Part shown: positions 41,190 through 51,066 of the stretch, piece by piece
Numbering within the stretch: the first letter of the stretch is position 1
How the letters are laid out: each line of letters opens with the position of its first letter
Source: an uncultured Acidobacteriota bacterium
GTDB taxonomy: Bacteria; Acidobacteriota; Terriglobia; Terriglobales; Acidobacteriaceae
Assembly (NCBI GenBank): GCA_963759215.1
Contig: CAVWYG010000006.1
Coordinates: forward strand, 1,243,146 to 1,307,145
Length of the DNA: 64,000 bases
Direction: 5' to 3'
The notes under the pieces: generated by a model
The model's input: the letters and a program-made list of their open reading frames with translations, nothing else
What the model was told of the DNA's origin: nothing
Databases searched by the model: none
Program-made: the position numbers and the translations under genes

Positions 41190-42386
41190 TTAGGTTGCCG
41201 GCATCGGGTGAAGAGTGTCCGCCTTCGAACCCTGGTCTGCTTCCTGCTCCGCCGCTCCCGTCGTGCGCGGCTGATAACTGCAACACGGCTCTTCGGCGAA
41301 TATATCCTCCGTCAGTGCATAGGCCCTGGCGCGCGAGCCTCCGCAGATCTGCTTATATTCACAGCGCCCACACTTGCCGAGCAGATTGCGCTCGTCGCGT
41401 AGTGACTGAAACAGTGGACTATCGCGATAAAGCTTTGTGAGTGATTCGCTCCGGACATTGCCAGCTGTGATCGGCAGGAATCCGCTGGGAAATACTTCGC
41501 CAGTGTGGGAGATGAAGACGAATCCCTTTCCGTCGTTAATTCCCTTGGGGGCGCGCCCAATACCGTCGGCGGAAGCGGTGCCGAGAACTGGAGGCAATTC
41601 ACTTGGCTTCGTTACTCCAGCGCGCCGCAATTCGGTGCGGCGTTGCAGAAGATAGCGCCGGTAGTGTTGAGCCTCCGTGCTCTTGATGTCGAACTTCACC
41701 CGCCGGGAGGTCTCGTACAACTTTGCAAAGACCTGCTCGAACTCTTCTGCCGAAATTAGATCGATGTCCGCGCCACGTCCGGTTGGAACCAGGAAGAAAA
41801 CACTCCACAGCGCGATATCAAGGTCCTCCAGCAGCGTGACGATAGCGTCGATGTACTTTAGATTGTGGCGTGTGATCGTGGTGTTGATTTGCACCGGAAG
41901 GTCAATCTCCCCAGCCCAGTGCGCGCCCTGGATTGTGAGGTCAAAAGAGCCCGCGACGCGCCGAAAGCCATCGTGAATCTCGGCAGTCGGACCATCAAGA
42001 CTGATGGCAAGACGGGCAAGGCCGCTTTCCTTCAGCTTCACGATGGCTTCGCGGGTGAGTAGTGGAGTGGCACTCGGAGTCATTGAAGGCCGCAGCGTGC
42101 GATCTGCAGCGTAGCGGACAAGTTCATGGATATCGGGGCGCTTCAGAGGGTCGCCGCCGGTCATCACAAACAGCGGAGCCTTGAGCGCTGCAATTTCGTC
42201 GATCAGACTTTTCGCCTCTTCCGTCGATAGCTCCAGGGGATTGCGCGATGGCTGCGCGCTAGCCCGGCAGTGAAGGCAAGCCAGGTCGCAGGCCTGCGTA
42301 GTTTCCCAGATCACGAGGAACGGACGTTCGTCGAAATCAATTTCCAAGTACGCTACAGGACTCGCTGAAGCATGATTCAGCTGCAT
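41190..42386 (-). CDS. radical SAM / SPASM domain protein (NirJ/AhbD-like)
   Basis: CDLACLHC (Cx3Cx2C), GGDP motif, C-terminal SPASM Cys cluster CGRCEYKQICGGSRARAY...CC. Confidence 0.8.
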   Translation of the reverse strand: MQLNHASASPVAYLEIDFDERPFLVIWETTQACDLACLHCRASAQPSRNPLELSTEEAKSLIDEIAALKAPLFVMTGGDPLKRPDIHELVRYAADRTLRPSMTPSATPLLTREAIVKLKESGLARLAISLDGPTAEIHDGFRRVAGSFDLTIQGAHWAGEIDLPVQINTTITRHNLKYIDAIVTLLEDLDIALWSVFFLVPTGRGADIDLISAEEFEQVFAKLYETSRRVKFDIKSTEAQHYRRYLLQRRTELRRAGVTKPSELPPVLGTASADGIGRAPKGINDGKGFVFISHTGEVFPSGFLPITAGNVRSESLTKLYRDSPLFQSLRDERNLLGKCGRCEYKQICGGSRARAYALTEDIFAEEPCCSYQPRTTGAAEQEADQGSKADTLHPMPAT

Positions 42387-42446
42387 GATACTACCTCACT
42401 CTAGCTATAGATTTGCAGTTGCCGGCCTCTCTGCAAACGACTGAAG

Positions 42447-43826
42447 TCACAGGTTTACGACATTCCTGACCGAATCGTGAGGAGCAGAATGCCGGTCAAT
42501 CTGTACCAGGCGCTCGGAGAGCCGCTGAGAGCGGAAGGTCAGGGTCATGTTCACCGCGAAAAGAGTGACGGCCGTCAGTTCGGTGAGCGCCGAGATGGGC
42601 AGGATTTTCCATGCGCTCTGCAAGATGTCCTGGTAGGCGAGCACCTCGGAGGAGACGCGCAGCAGGCATCCCACTGTCAGCAGGCAGAGGACTATTCCCA
42701 TCAGTCGCGGGCTGTACAGCAATCGCATTCCGCTGAATGCAGGCAGAACTCGCTGTCCAATCGCAAACACCATCGTGGCAACGAAGCCAACGGTCAGAGC
42801 GTGGCGCGATGCGCCCCAGATGCCGTCATGGTTGGTTGCGAAGGCCGCCCACACGCCCAGCATGGCTGCCACAACAAGCCAGCCGTAAGCCAGGCGGATG
42901 AAATACGGGAAGGCGGGGTGAACGCCCTTTGTCTTGGCCGGCTGAAACGACCGAGTCTGAATTCGCAGTGCGATATTCGATAGTACGGCGCCGCCCAGCA
43001 AAAGAAGCACTGCGACCCGGAAGGCACCTGCCAAGGCGGCAACCACCCCCGTAGCGTTGAGCGCTAGCACAATCAGGAGCCCGCGATTGCAAGGGCTGCG
43101 AGTTCCCAGAAAAATGGGCAGCCAGCGCGCACTGAATCCCCAGACGAATGGCACCATAAAGCCCCACGCCATCAGCACTAGGTAGCGCTCATCAAAGTTC
43201 TGCGGAAAAGCGGGAGAGCTTCCGTGTATGGCTGCCCAGATGCATCCGCCAAGATTGGCGGCAAGAGTTTCGAGCAAGCCCAGGGTTCCGGCTACTACCA
43301 CAAGAATCCACGTTTCAAGCTTAGGGCGTCCTTGCGATGGGCTCGTAGGTTTATGGGTAGACACTGCTCGGAAAAAGATAAGGAATGCCAGGAACTCAAG
43401 CGATGCAGAGATGGGAAGGATGGTGCGCCAGTGCCATTCGTAGATGCCGGCCGCCCACCTTCCGGTTACTCCCACGGTCCACAGCACCCAGCAAACCCAG
43501 GCCTCCCACAGTGCGAACGGCTGTGCGTTGCGAACTCGCGGAATTGAGTAGAAGCCGATGCCGAGAATGAACGTGCCGATCCATCCAAAGACCTGAGCGT
43601 GGCCGTGTGCTTGGATCCACGCGGCTGAGATCGAATCGCCCGCGTGCTTGCTACTGATGGAGAACAGATTCCAGACGCCGAGAAATGTCCCAGGCAGCAG
43701 CATGAAGGCCAGACCGGTGCAGATAAAGAGCATCACGATGAAGGAGAGAGCAGTTTCGCGCTGGCGGGTGGCCATGACGCGAGTCTCTTCTTCACTTGAA
43801 AGCGCTATATTGTTGATCAGTTGCAT
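42447..43826 (-). CDS. nnrS: NnrS family protein (second paralog)
   Basis: 12 TM segments with the NnrS His pattern (WIQAHGHAQVFGW); the start may be at 43775 (MATRQRE). Confidence 0.8.
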   Translation of the reverse strand: MQLINNIALSSEEETRVMATRQRETALSFIVMLFICTGLAFMLLPGTFLGVWNLFSISSKHAGDSISAAWIQAHGHAQVFGWIGTFILGIGFYSIPRVRNAQPFALWEAWVCWVLWTVGVTGRWAAGIYEWHWRTILPISASLEFLAFLIFFRAVSTHKPTSPSQGRPKLETWILVVVAGTLGLLETLAANLGGCIWAAIHGSSPAFPQNFDERYLVLMAWGFMVPFVWGFSARWLPIFLGTRSPCNRGLLIVLALNATGVVAALAGAFRVAVLLLLGGAVLSNIALRIQTRSFQPAKTKGVHPAFPYFIRLAYGWLVVAAMLGVWAAFATNHDGIWGASRHALTVGFVATMVFAIGQRVLPAFSGMRLLYSPRLMGIVLCLLTVGCLLRVSSEVLAYQDILQSAWKILPISALTELTAVTLFAVNMTLTFRSQRLSERLVQIDRHSAPHDSVRNVVNL

Positions 43827-43928
43827 AAGACATCCTCTCGCCGCTCAGTCGGAGCGCAGATGAAGGGGCGGTGCGTCACGCATCGCGCGCACTTGCACTC
43901 AAACTACCCGCAAGCACGCCTCGCTGCG

Positions 43929-43942
43929 ATGACCAAGGTCAC
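43929..43942. promoter_or_regulatory. CRP/HcpR-type box gATGACcaaggTCACA, ~100 bp upstream of the second nnrS
   Basis: Palindrome read directly. Confidence 0.55.
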
Positions 43943-44330
43943 ACTTTCTCAGAATCGCCCGGGTGACTCGATACAGAGCGCAAGGTTGGCGGGGCCGACC
44001 CCAAGGGGCAGCGTCTTGGGGTGAACATTCTGTTCGCCTGGTGCTCGCCGTCTCGGCGTGTCCTCGTTTGGCCAATGCCGGGTGGAGCGCGCCTCGCGCC
44101 GTGTGCCGGTTGGCGGAACATCACTTTGCTTCAGACGTGTCTCAGGGTTCTGCCGCAATATCAAAGAATCTTTCGATCATGGATCGCCCTACGGCCTCGA
44201 CTCTCTCGCGCTGCTCTACTGCAGAAGCCCGAACAGTCGAAGGCAGATGAGGCTCCCAAGCAGACCAAGTCTCAAGATCAGCTTCAATGTGAAATTGGAG
44301 AGCATATACGCACCGTGCGAATCGAAATGC

Positions 44331-44843
44331 CTAGTGTGCGTACATTGGACTGCTAGCCAGGAGTGTGGCCCCGATTGGTAGTTCGAAAGTGTCGCCATGC
44401 CAGTGGAACACCGGAATGTCGGCATCGGATGGTGCGAACACGGGGTCTGTGCTCGCAGCAGGCGCCAGCCGCACAGAGCCAAATCCAATTTCACTCGCTG
44501 GTCCGGGAAAGACACTCGCTCCCAACGACTTCGCAAGCAGCTGAGCACCGAGGCAAACTCCGAGCACGGGACGGTCGCGCCTAACCATTTCTGAGATTAG
44601 AGCGCACTCTTGTGCGAGGTATGGGTACTTCTCGGTTTCATAGGCCCCCATGGGGCCGCCCATTACGATTAACCCGCTGATGTCTTCTAGATTCGGGACG
44701 GTGGGGATCAGGTCCAGGCGGTGAGTTTCCACCGAGAGTCCGCGTGCGCGAGCTAGGGATGCGATAAGTCCGGGCCCTTCCCACGCGACATGCTGGAGTA
44801 TGGCCCAATGGCAGTCTGTTGAGAAAGAGGGAAAGACGTTCAA
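44331..44843 (-). CDS. class I glutamine amidotransferase-like protein, possibly C-terminally truncated or frameshifted
   Basis: GATase1 motifs LGVCLGAQLL (Cys nucleophile) and VFHWHGDTFELP. The ORF ends after 170 aa, while the expected HPE motif region continues in another frame (44216-44548). Confidence 0.55.
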   Translation of the reverse strand: MNVFPSFSTDCHWAILQHVAWEGPGLIASLARARGLSVETHRLDLIPTVPNLEDISGLIVMGGPMGAYETEKYPYLAQECALISEMVRRDRPVLGVCLGAQLLAKSLGASVFPGPASEIGFGSVRLAPAASTDPVFAPSDADIPVFHWHGDTFELPIGATLLASSPMYAH

Positions 44844-44963
44844 TATGGTCTGCTCCTTCTGTCTAGGCAGTGAGGCGACCTTCAGGGTTCCTCTCGTACC
44901 TTGCAGCCAGAACTATTGCGGCTCCTTCTGCCGCGAAGGGGCCGAAGCGAGGGGGGCGCGCAA

Positions 44964-45686
44964 TCAGCGAGACGGTAATGCTTCCATCGCAATCGCGCGC
45001 GGGAACAGAATGTTGTTCTCGAGATGAATGTGCTGGTGCAGGTCCTGCTCAAATTCCTTGAGCCCAGCATAAAATGCGTGATAGGTGGGACACGCATCCT
45101 GGGGTGGAGTGAATTTAGCACTGAGATGCTTGATCTCTGCCAGCAACTCTCCTGCGCCGTCGTGCTCCTGCATCATCATGCCAATGGGGTTTGCAACCGT
45201 TTCGAAGCAGCCGTGCGGTCTCGCGCTGCCGGTGGCCAGGGCACGTTCCAGATTGGCGATATAGGGAAACAGGACCTGTTCTTCTTTCATCAGATGCTGA
45301 CTCAGGTCCTGATCAAGCGCCTGCAGCGCGAATTGAATTTCAGGGAGTTCCACGTGAAGGGAGCCATGCTTCGCAACTACCTTTTGTGCGAGCGTGTCGA
45401 GGCGAGGGAGTTCCTTCTTTACATACTCGTGGTGCTGCGAGACGATGTGCATGATCAGGCTTTCAAGCGAGGCCTCGCTCCAGTCCGTCAGCTCCCGATT
45501 GGACTCTGAGGCGGCTGATGCCAACGCGACGAGCACGGCGCCGATTTCGACATCCTGTTCCGTGCAGGCGATGGCGAGAGGCTTTCCCCCACCACAACAG
45601 TAATCGATTCCGAATTGTTCAAATACTCGTATCGACGATGGCTGGTTCAATACGATCTCACGGACGGTTTCAGTGACGGCGGGCAT
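44964..45686 (-). CDS. ytfE: iron-sulfur cluster repair di-iron protein (RIC/YtfE), paralog 2
   Basis: Same architecture as the paralog at 32883; IRVFEQFGIDYCCGG N-domain; four H/E hemerythrin motifs. Confidence 0.85.
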   Translation of the reverse strand: MPAVTETVREIVLNQPSSIRVFEQFGIDYCCGGGKPLAIACTEQDVEIGAVLVALASAASESNRELTDWSEASLESLIMHIVSQHHEYVKKELPRLDTLAQKVVAKHGSLHVELPEIQFALQALDQDLSQHLMKEEQVLFPYIANLERALATGSARPHGCFETVANPIGMMMQEHDGAGELLAEIKHLSAKFTPPQDACPTYHAFYAGLKEFEQDLHQHIHLENNILFPRAIAMEALPSR

Positions 45687-45735
45687 ATCAATCTCCTTGA
45701 GTCTTGAAGATAGAAGAGTGCGGTGGTTGCTGCAG

Positions 45736-45749
45736 CGACCAAAGTCACT
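45736..45749. promoter_or_regulatory. CRP/HcpR-type box aGCGACcaaagTCACt in the divergent ric2/crp2 intergenic region
   Basis: Palindrome read directly (one mismatch in the left half-site). Confidence 0.5.
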
Positions 45750-45839
45750 TCCACGAGAAAGCAATAGAATAGGGCGTACTTACCTGCCGCCGATGGCGTC
45801 GTTCCAGTTTTCAACGGCGCTGGAGGCGTGATTCGAGGG

Positions 45840-46548
45840 ATGCGATTGAACACGAAGCGTGTTGATCTGGCGGAAGTTCTTCAGAAGACAGCCCTGTTTT
45901 CCAGTCTTTCTCAACCCGAGTTGCAGTTGCTGGCCACCAAAACGGTCAGGAAGCTGTTCGGTGCGGGGGAAGCTCTGTTCCACGAAGGCGATCCCTGCAA
46001 GGGATTGCACATCATCTCGCGAGGACAGGTGAGGATTTTCAAGCCATCGGCCAGCGGACGCGAGCAGGTTCTGGCCGTGAACGTTGCCGGCGAATCGGTT
46101 GCCGAACTTCCGGTCTTTGATGACGGCCCGTATCCGGCCTCCGGAATGGCGATCGAGGAAACCGAGATTGCGTTTATCTCGCGTAAGGACTCCGTGATTA
46201 TTGTCTGGCTCGCCCGGAAGTCGCACTCAAGGTTCTGGCTTTTGTCGGCGCCAGGCTGCGCAGGCTGGTCGGCATAATTGAGGAGCTGTCCTTTACGACC
46301 ACGCGTCAGCGCCTTGTCTCCCTCTGGTTCGTCTGGCGCAAAGCGACGGACGGAAAACCGAGAAGGGTATTGAGGTCCTGCTGCCCGGTACCAACCAGGA
46401 GCTCGCAAATCAACTGGGAACGGTGCGCGAAGTGATTTCGCGTAACCTCATGCGGCTGCAGGCTGAGGGATTGCTGGAAGTGGATGCCCGGCAGATCGTG
46501 ATCAAAGACGTGAAGGGACTGGCCGCGCTGCTGGAGGCGGTGCAATAA
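45840..46548 (+). CDS. Crp/Fnr family transcriptional regulator, paralog 2; two frameshifts (~46200 and ~46340)
   Basis: N-terminal 120 aa closely parallels crp1. Continuation ...RPEVALKVLAFVGARLRRLVGIIEELSFTT and ...KTEKGIEVLLPGTNQELANQLGTVREVISRNLMRLQAEGLLEVD is found in the other two frames. Confidence 0.65.
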
Positions 46549-46834
46549 GCCGCAAAAACAGGGTTAGAAATTCTTCGCTGGGAATGGCCGTAGACGGCCG
46601 ACCATTGGCGAAATGGACAATCGTTGTCGGAAGGCAGTTTCGCTTGGAGGCAACGGTTGGCAGGTTGCTGAAGGGTTGCATAACGTGTAAACCTGTGCGC
46701 CGCGTATTTTGTCAGTCAGTATTATCTCTTACGTAAATTCCGTCTGCTGGATTTGCTTCATACGCTCGGTAGGAGGCCCGGCAGATTTTGCAAACGGGTG
46801 GGCGAACGTAACGCGTCGAAAGGAATGTTGGCCT

Positions 46835-48052
46835 ATGCCCGCATCATTTGAGGAAGCACGCCGCATCATTCTGGAACATGTCACGCCGCTCGGCGCAGAG
46901 CGTGTTGGACTGATCGAGTCGCTCGGACGAGTGCTGGCGGGGGATATTACGGCACCGTGGGACCTCCCCTTGTTCAGCAACTCCGCGATGGACGGGTACG
47001 CGGTGCGTGCCGCAGATTGCCGGGATGCGCGGGCGCTACCGATCATCGACTATGTTTCCGCCGGAGGGCGCGCTACGAAATCAGTCATGCCGGGAACGGC
47101 AATCAAGATCATGACCGGGGCGCCGCTTCCAGAAGCCAGTGACAGCATTGTGCCCATAGAGGACGCAGTGGAATCTGACGGCACAGTGCGCGTGATGCAA
47201 CCGGTAGCACTGCATCAGTATGTTCGTTTTGCGGGAGAAGACGTGCGTAAAGGCGAAACCATTCTCACCTCTGGAACGCTAGTCCGTCCCTATGAAATTA
47301 ACTTGCTCGCTAGCTTTGGAATGGAGCAGGTGACAGTTGTGCGGAGGCCGAGAGTTGCGATAGTCGCAACCGGGGACGAATTAGTTGCGTTAGGCGAGAC
47401 CCCGTCGATCGGGCAGATCGTGAACAGCAATTCTTATTCTTTGGCAGCGGCAATCACCAGCGTGGGCGCGCTGCCGGTGCTGGTGGGCATTGCGCGCGAC
47501 GACGTCGACAGCCATCGCGAGAAACTGGCGGAAGGATTGAAGGCAGATGTGCTGGTTACCTCCGCCGGGGTTTCAATGGGCGACCGCGATCTGGTGCGCG
47601 AGGTGCTGGATGAGCTTGGAGTGGAGATCGTCTTCTGGCGGGTGAAAGTAAAGCCGGGAAAAGGGCTGGCATTCGGCAAGAACGGAGGGACGCTGGTGTT
47701 CGCGCTTCCGGGAAACCCAGTCTCGACGATGCTGACTTTCGAGGAGTTTGTAGCTCCGGCTTTGTTGAAGATGATGGGACACAGACAACCGGTGAAGCCG
47801 CTGTTCCCGGCTGTGCTGCAAAGCGACCTGAAGAAGAAGGCGGGACAGACACATCTGGTGCGAGTGAGGCTGGAATACTACGGCGGAAAGTACCTGGCGT
47901 GGAGCGCGGGCAAGCAAGATACGGGCCTACTGAAAACCCTGTTGCAGGCGAACGCCGTCGCCGTGCTTCCCGCAGATCGCGATGTATTTGCCGCAGGCGA
48001 AGAAATTCAAGTCCATCTGCTCGACGGATCTGTTGGAATGACGGCGCTGTAG
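46835..48052 (+). CDS. moeA: molybdopterin molybdotransferase MoeA
   Basis: MoeA N-terminal domain, MoCF_biosynth domain (GDEL, GGVSMGD motifs) and MoeA C-terminal domain; 405 aa. Confidence 0.85.
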   Translation: MPASFEEARRIILEHVTPLGAERVGLIESLGRVLAGDITAPWDLPLFSNSAMDGYAVRAADCRDARALPIIDYVSAGGRATKSVMPGTAIKIMTGAPLPEASDSIVPIEDAVESDGTVRVMQPVALHQYVRFAGEDVRKGETILTSGTLVRPYEINLLASFGMEQVTVVRRPRVAIVATGDELVALGETPSIGQIVNSNSYSLAAAITSVGALPVLVGIARDDVDSHREKLAEGLKADVLVTSAGVSMGDRDLVREVLDELGVEIVFWRVKVKPGKGLAFGKNGGTLVFALPGNPVSTMLTFEEFVAPALLKMMGHRQPVKPLFPAVLQSDLKKKAGQTHLVRVRLEYYGGKYLAWSAGKQDTGLLKTLLQANAVAVLPADRDVFAAGEEIQVHLLDGSVGMTAL

Positions 48053-48297
48053 CCTGCCCACGATTCACTCCTGAATCGTGGGCAGAATTAAGGGGTAACA
48101 CAAGGACGCTAATGCCGAAGGCGCTATCACTGGTGGGTTCAATCTTCGGATCGCGCAATTGAGACGACAAATCCGCCTGCTCGAAGGCATGTACTCGCGC
48201 GAGGGTGTAGATCAATCTTCTGACTTCAGCAGGAACGCGGCCGTTGAGAGTGACTAAGGTCATAGCAAGACGCCTGATGGAAGAGCAGGATTGCATC

Positions 48298-48690
48298 ATG
48301 ACCATTGAGACCTCGTCTGAAACCGTATTCAATAGCAGCATCTTCGAAATCGCATCCTCATTGCAAACTGCGGATCACGGCACCGGCGGACGGATCAACC
48401 GCGTGCTGATCGATTTGCCGGGCCTGCGTGTTCTACTCATTTCACTTACGGCAGGAGCTCATGTGCCTGAACATAAAGTTGCAGGCGCAATTACCGTCCA
48501 GCCTGTGCTCGGGCGTGTTCAGATGATTGCTTTCGGCTTGGGCAGCGAAGCCTCGGAAACCCAACGCGCCCAGCAGCAATATGAGCTTGGAGTCGGCAGC
48601 CTGCTTTCGCTGAAAGGCGGTGTTCCACACGATGTGCGAGCTTTGGAGGAGAGTTGTATCTTGGTTTCGATTGTCAGGGCGATCCGATGA
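48298..48690 (+). CDS. cupin domain protein
   Basis: Double-stranded beta-helix motif with H...H...E (AHVPEHKVAGAITVQPVLGRVQM, GVPHDV). Confidence 0.55.
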   Translation: MTIETSSETVFNSSIFEIASSLQTADHGTGGRINRVLIDLPGLRVLLISLTAGAHVPEHKVAGAITVQPVLGRVQMIAFGLGSEASETQRAQQQYELGVGSLLSLKGGVPHDVRALEESCILVSIVRAIR

Positions 48691-48805
48691 CGATACGTCG
48701 CTGCTGAGACTTAAGTCATTGGTTGCGGGAAGTCGCTATGGCTTCCTGATGTAGACTAGCCGCTGCGGTGAATCCGGTAAGATCCGGCGGCAAAGAGGAA
48801 CTCAT

Positions 48806-49990
48806 ATGCAACCGTCTCCTAAACTTCAGCTCGCTCTCGGCACGGGATCTTTTGCTTTCTGCTTTGCAGTCTTCGGCTCACTCTCTGCGATGATGCCAAT
48901 ACTGAGCAGGCAAATGCATCTCTCTCCAGTGCAGAAGAGCATCGCCGTAGCGGTCCCCGTTTTACTGGGCAGCCTGGGCCGGATCCCCCTGGGCATGTTG
49001 ACGGATCGCTTTGGTGGGCGCTCGGTATTCAGTGTCGTGATGTTGATCTCCGCTATTCCCGCTTTTCTTATGGGAACCGCGCACAACTATGAGCACCTGT
49101 TGTTTTACGGATTCTTCATAGGAATTGGGCTGGCGAGTTTTTCGGTTGGCGTAGGTTTTGTCAGCGGATGGTACAGCGCCGAGCGGCAAGGCTTTGCGCT
49201 TGGCGTGTATGGAGCGGGAAATATCGGCCAGTCGTTGGCTGCGTTTGGCGCGCCTTTCATCGCCGCCGTAGCGGGAGTTCGATGGGGTTTTTGGACCTTC
49301 GGTGTCCTGCTCTCGATTTGGTTGCTGCTGTTCGCGCTTCTGGCGCGTGACGCTCCGCGCCGCGTTCCGATCAAATCGTTCAGGGATACGGTGCGCCCTC
49401 TGAACGATTCCCGGAGCTGGGTTCTGAGTCTCTACTACTTCCTCACCTTCGGCGGTTTCGTTGCGATGGCAGTGTACCTGCCGATCTTCCTGACAGAGAT
49501 GTTCAAGCTAACGCCGCAGGATGCTGGAATGCGAACGGCTGGATTTGTTGTACTGGCTACGATCATGCGGCCAATTGGCGGAACGCTCGCCGACAAAGTT
49601 GGCGGCCGAACAATTTTGAAGTGGGTATTTCCCGCGACGGCTCTGATGGCCATGTTCCTGGCTTGCCCGCGGATGATCACCTTCACGATCGGGGCTCTTG
49701 GAATGGCTGTTGCCATTGGTCTTGGCAACGGAGCGGTCTTCAAACTCGTGCCGGAGTACTTCCCTAATTCCGTGGGCAGTGTGACTGGGTTGGTTGGTGC
49801 CGCCGGAGGGCTGGGCGGTTTTTTCCCTCCGTTATTGCTGGGCGTCGTCAAGCAGCAGACAGGTAGTTTCTCGCTCGGGTTCGTGCTGCTTGGTGTGTTT
49901 GCGCTGATATGTCTTTTCATCCTTCTGCGGCGATCATCGGCGCCGAACATAGCAATTAGTTTCCCAGAGGCAGGAGATGCGACAGCCTGA
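48806..49990 (+). CDS. MFS transporter, NarK/NasA-like (putative nitrate/nitrite transporter)
   Basis: 12-TM MFS protein with [10 protein letters not shown]-type motifs in TM2-3 and TM8-9, placed in a molybdoenzyme cluster. Confidence 0.65.
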   Translation: MQPSPKLQLALGTGSFAFCFAVFGSLSAMMPILSRQMHLSPVQKSIAVAVPVLLGSLGRIPLGMLTDRFGGRSVFSVVMLISAIPAFLMGTAHNYEHLLFYGFFIGIGLASFSVGVGFVSGWYSAERQGFALGVYGAGNIGQSLAAFGAPFIAAVAGVRWGFWTFGVLLSIWLLLFALLARDAPRRVPIKSFRDTVRPLNDSRSWVLSLYYFLTFGGFVAMAVYLPIFLTEMFKLTPQDAGMRTAGFVVLATIMRPIGGTLADKVGGRTILKWVFPATALMAMFLACPRMITFTIGALGMAVAIGLGNGAVFKLVPEYFPNSVGSVTGLVGAAGGLGGFFPPLLLGVVKQQTGSFSLGFVLLGVFALICLFILLRRSSAPNIAISFPEAGDATA

Positions 49991-51065
49991 ATTTCCAGTT
50001 CGAGGTTCCGACACTGCACACGCCTTCGGATGGGGCGTGCTCGTGGCTTCGTCTCTGATTGCAGCCATCTTCATCGGCAGCCGCGGCCTGAAGGATTTCG
50101 ATCCCGCGCTGGTTTCCTATGCAGGCGCATCGGTCTTTGCCGCTTTCGGGCTGGGCTACCGTTATTCCATGTGGCTGCGAAGGCCGCCCACTCGCCTGTA
50201 TTGGTACCGGGGATGGCAACTGTTTCTGCAACCCAGGCGATTGCCCGGAAATATCCTGCATCTGGGCAGAATATTCTTGAACAACATCGTTCTGCAGAAG
50301 TTTATCCAGAGGCGTTCCCGCATTCGCTGGACCGCGCACTGGTTCCTGGCCTGGGGATGCTTGCTCGCTGCGGCAGTTACCTTTCCCTTGTCGTTCGGCT
50401 GGGTAAGATTTGAGACAGCGCGCGACAGTCAGGAGATATACAACGCCTTCATGTTCGGCATCCCGGTTGGCAGCTTCCACCTTGGAAGCGTGGTGGCGGA
50501 GCTGACCTTCAACATCCTTGATATTGCGGCGGTGATGGTTCTAATCGGCGTTTTCTTCGCCATGTGGAGGCGCGCCCGCGACCGAGATGCAAGGTCTGTC
50601 CAGCAGTTCTCGAACGATCTGTTGCCGCTGATTCTGCTGTTTGCAATTTCGATCACGGGACTCTTTCTCACCGCATCGACGCACCTGATGCATGGACTGC
50701 ACTATGTGTTCCTCTCGCAACTCCATGCCATCACGGTGATCTTCACGCTGCTTTACCTGCCCTTCGGCAAGTTCTTTCATATTTTTCAGCGTCCAGCGCA
50801 GCTTGGAGTGGACTTCTACAAGATGGCGGGAGCAGAGGGCCAGCAGGCGAGCTGCGTGCGCTGCGGTCAGCTCTACGGATCGCGAATGCAAATGGAAGAT
50901 CTGAAAGCCGTGCAGGCTGCAATCGGCATCCGGTACCAGATGGCCGACGGAACTCATTATCAGGATGTGTGTCCCGCCTGCCGCCGCAAGAATCTCGCGC
51001 TAGCACAGGACGGTCTCTGGAAGTCCCTTGGCAGGGACGTGCGTGGAATGGGAAAGGAGTTGTAA
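49977..51065 (+). CDS. NarI/DsrM-like diheme cytochrome b membrane subunit with a C-terminal Cys4 zinc-ribbon extension
   Basis: 5 TM segments. The last helix, [24 protein letters not shown], parallels NarI PFTRLVHIWSAP with the H-x17-H spacing; the C-terminus has CVRCGQ...CPACRRK. Confidence 0.6.
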   Translation: MRQPEFPVRGSDTAHAFGWGVLVASSLIAAIFIGSRGLKDFDPALVSYAGASVFAAFGLGYRYSMWLRRPPTRLYWYRGWQLFLQPRRLPGNILHLGRIFLNNIVLQKFIQRRSRIRWTAHWFLAWGCLLAAAVTFPLSFGWVRFETARDSQEIYNAFMFGIPVGSFHLGSVVAELTFNILDIAAVMVLIGVFFAMWRRARDRDARSVQQFSNDLLPLILLFAISITGLFLTASTHLMHGLHYVFLSQLHAITVIFTLLYLPFGKFFHIFQRPAQLGVDFYKMAGAEGQQASCVRCGQLYGSRMQMEDLKAVQAAIGIRYQMADGTHYQDVCPACRRKNLALAQDGLWKSLGRDVRGMGKEL

Positions 51066-51066
51066 G

